Origin: Vicinamibacteria bacterium
GTDB taxonomy: Bacteria; Acidobacteriota; Vicinamibacteria; Vicinamibacterales; JAENWD01
DNA length: 64,000 nucleotides
Assembly: GCA_963800785.1 (NCBI GenBank)
Contig: CAWDCH010000016.1
Coordinates: forward strand, 98,688-162,687
Direction of reading: 5' to 3'
The notes beneath the pieces were generated by a model. It saw nothing but the letters and a program-made list of their open reading frames with translations, was not told the DNA's origin and searched no databases. A program made the translations under genes and the position numbers. This document shows positions 63,408 to 64,000 of this stretch, in pieces; position 1 is the stretch's first letter, and each line of letters opens with the position of its first letter.

Positions 63408-64000
63408 ATGGTTCGGCTCAGCCACCTCGGCCGTGCGCTCGACGCATGCAGTAACGCGCTGATCAGGCGCCCGGGACTCGCGCGCGCGATCCTGGGACTC
63501 GTCCTCGTGTTCGCCTGGACCACCGCCGTGGGTGCGGTGTGGTTCACGTGGGACCTGATGGCGTCGACACCCAAGCGCGACATGCTTCGCAGCGTCGGCG
63601 ACATGGCGCAGGCGACAACCCTGCTCGATCTCAACGGTCGTCCAGCGTTCACGATCTTCAAAGAGCAGCGCATCGAGATCCCGCTGGCGAAGGTGTCGCC
63701 GAACGTCCGCAAGGCGATCCTTTCGGTCGAAGACCAGCGGTTCTACGAACATCGCGGCGTCGACACCATCCGCATCGTCGGCTCCGCGATCGCGAACTTT
63801 CGCAAAGGCCGTCGCGCGCAGGGTGCCAGCACTCTGACACAGCAGCTGGCGCGACAGAGCTTTCTCACTCTCGATAAGACGTACCGTCGGAAGTTCCAGG
63901 AGGTCATCGTCGCGGCAGAGCTCGAGTCGCAGTACTCGAAGAACGAGATTCTCGAGCTGTACTTGAACAAGGTGTATTTCGGCGACGGCCTCCACGGCAT
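63408..64000 (+). CDS. class A penicillin-binding protein (PBP1A-type), N-terminal TM and glycosyltransferase (GT51) domain; 3' end outside window
   Basis: This ORF is not in the ORF track because it is open at the window edge. The ATG is preceded by GGAG. The translation reads MVRLSHL...TM...SVEDQRFYEHRGVD...GASTLTQQLAR...ILELYLNKVYFG. Confidence 0.85.
   Translation, partial: MVRLSHLGRALDACSNALIRRPGLARAILGLVLVFAWTTAVGAVWFTWDLMASTPKRDMLRSVGDMAQATTLLDLNGRPAFTIFKEQRIEIPLAKVSPNVRKAILSVEDQRFYEHRGVDTIRIVGSAIANFRKGRRAQGASTLTQQLARQSFLTLDKTYRRKFQEVIVAAELESQYSKNEILELYLNKVYFGDGLHG

Noticed and set aside
62470-63995. Very long ORFs across the right repeat arm on the minus strand (289 aa at 62470-63339; 497 aa at 62502-63995; 103 aa at 62909-63220), plus several plus-strand ORFs
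   Set aside because: All three minus-strand frames are open simultaneously, which reflects the A/T-skewed repeat composition. The translations are low-complexity (RTDAD, HGRT, RRR). The homologous left arm has no long ORF in the equivalent sense. The 497-aa ORF runs antisense through the well-supported PBP1A gene.

Overview
High-GC bacterial chromosomal window from an LPS-producing (diderm) organism. Gene content and the hairpin repeat style look Acidobacteriota-like, but I cannot verify that here. ORF-track coordinates include stop codons. Coordinates of non-ORF features were hand-counted, so expect +/-2 nt. Layout: (1) 1-9.4 kb holds envelope and miscellaneous genes: phosphohexomutase 3' end, frameshifted SDR, VOC protein, GT2-methyltransferase fusion, secreted repeat protein, DUF2092 lipoprotein, sortase and a large polytopic membrane protein. 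(2) 9.4-24 kb is a mosaic, IS-scarred region ending at tRNA-Leu. It contains an IS110 remnant, a GntR regulator plus truncated SPFH gene, RHH and zinc-ribbon small-ORF clusters, a RodZ-like protein, a decayed DDE transposase that has removed almost all of a groEL next to groES, small membrane proteins with a shared RMDSDKG tail, an ABM-hsp20 operon, an XRE regulator and a stand-alone groEL. (3) 24-31 kb holds secG, REP-like hairpins, a HAD hydrolase, a frameshifted GntR/PBP1 regulator and the gap-pgk-tpiA operon. (4) 31-39.1 kb is an LPS inner-core cluster: waaA, lpxK, acyltransferase, two heptosyltransferases, gmhB and a split hldE. (5) 39.2-46.6 kb holds tRNA-Val and tRNA-Asp followed by a second mosaic island: an N-terminally deleted serine recombinase overlapping tRNA-Asp, an intact IS110 element, and GYD, GNAT, RHH and several gene fragments. 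(6) 46.7-61.6 kb holds DoxX, alpha-galactosidase, immunity-like DUF genes, rtcB, an ECF sigma/anti-sigma pair, a frameshifted M13 peptidase and an ankyrin protein. (7) 61.5-63.4 kb is the most unusual feature: a non-coding, foldback-like pair of oppositely oriented arrays of a degenerate CACGGAC/GTCCGTG motif around a 240-bp unique core, directly upstream of a class A PBP gene. Other notable items are a duplicated promoter plus 5' UTR with an SD-sequestering hairpin (candidate RNA thermometer), a zinc-ribbon/micropeptide cluster, and a candidate IS110 bridge-RNA region.
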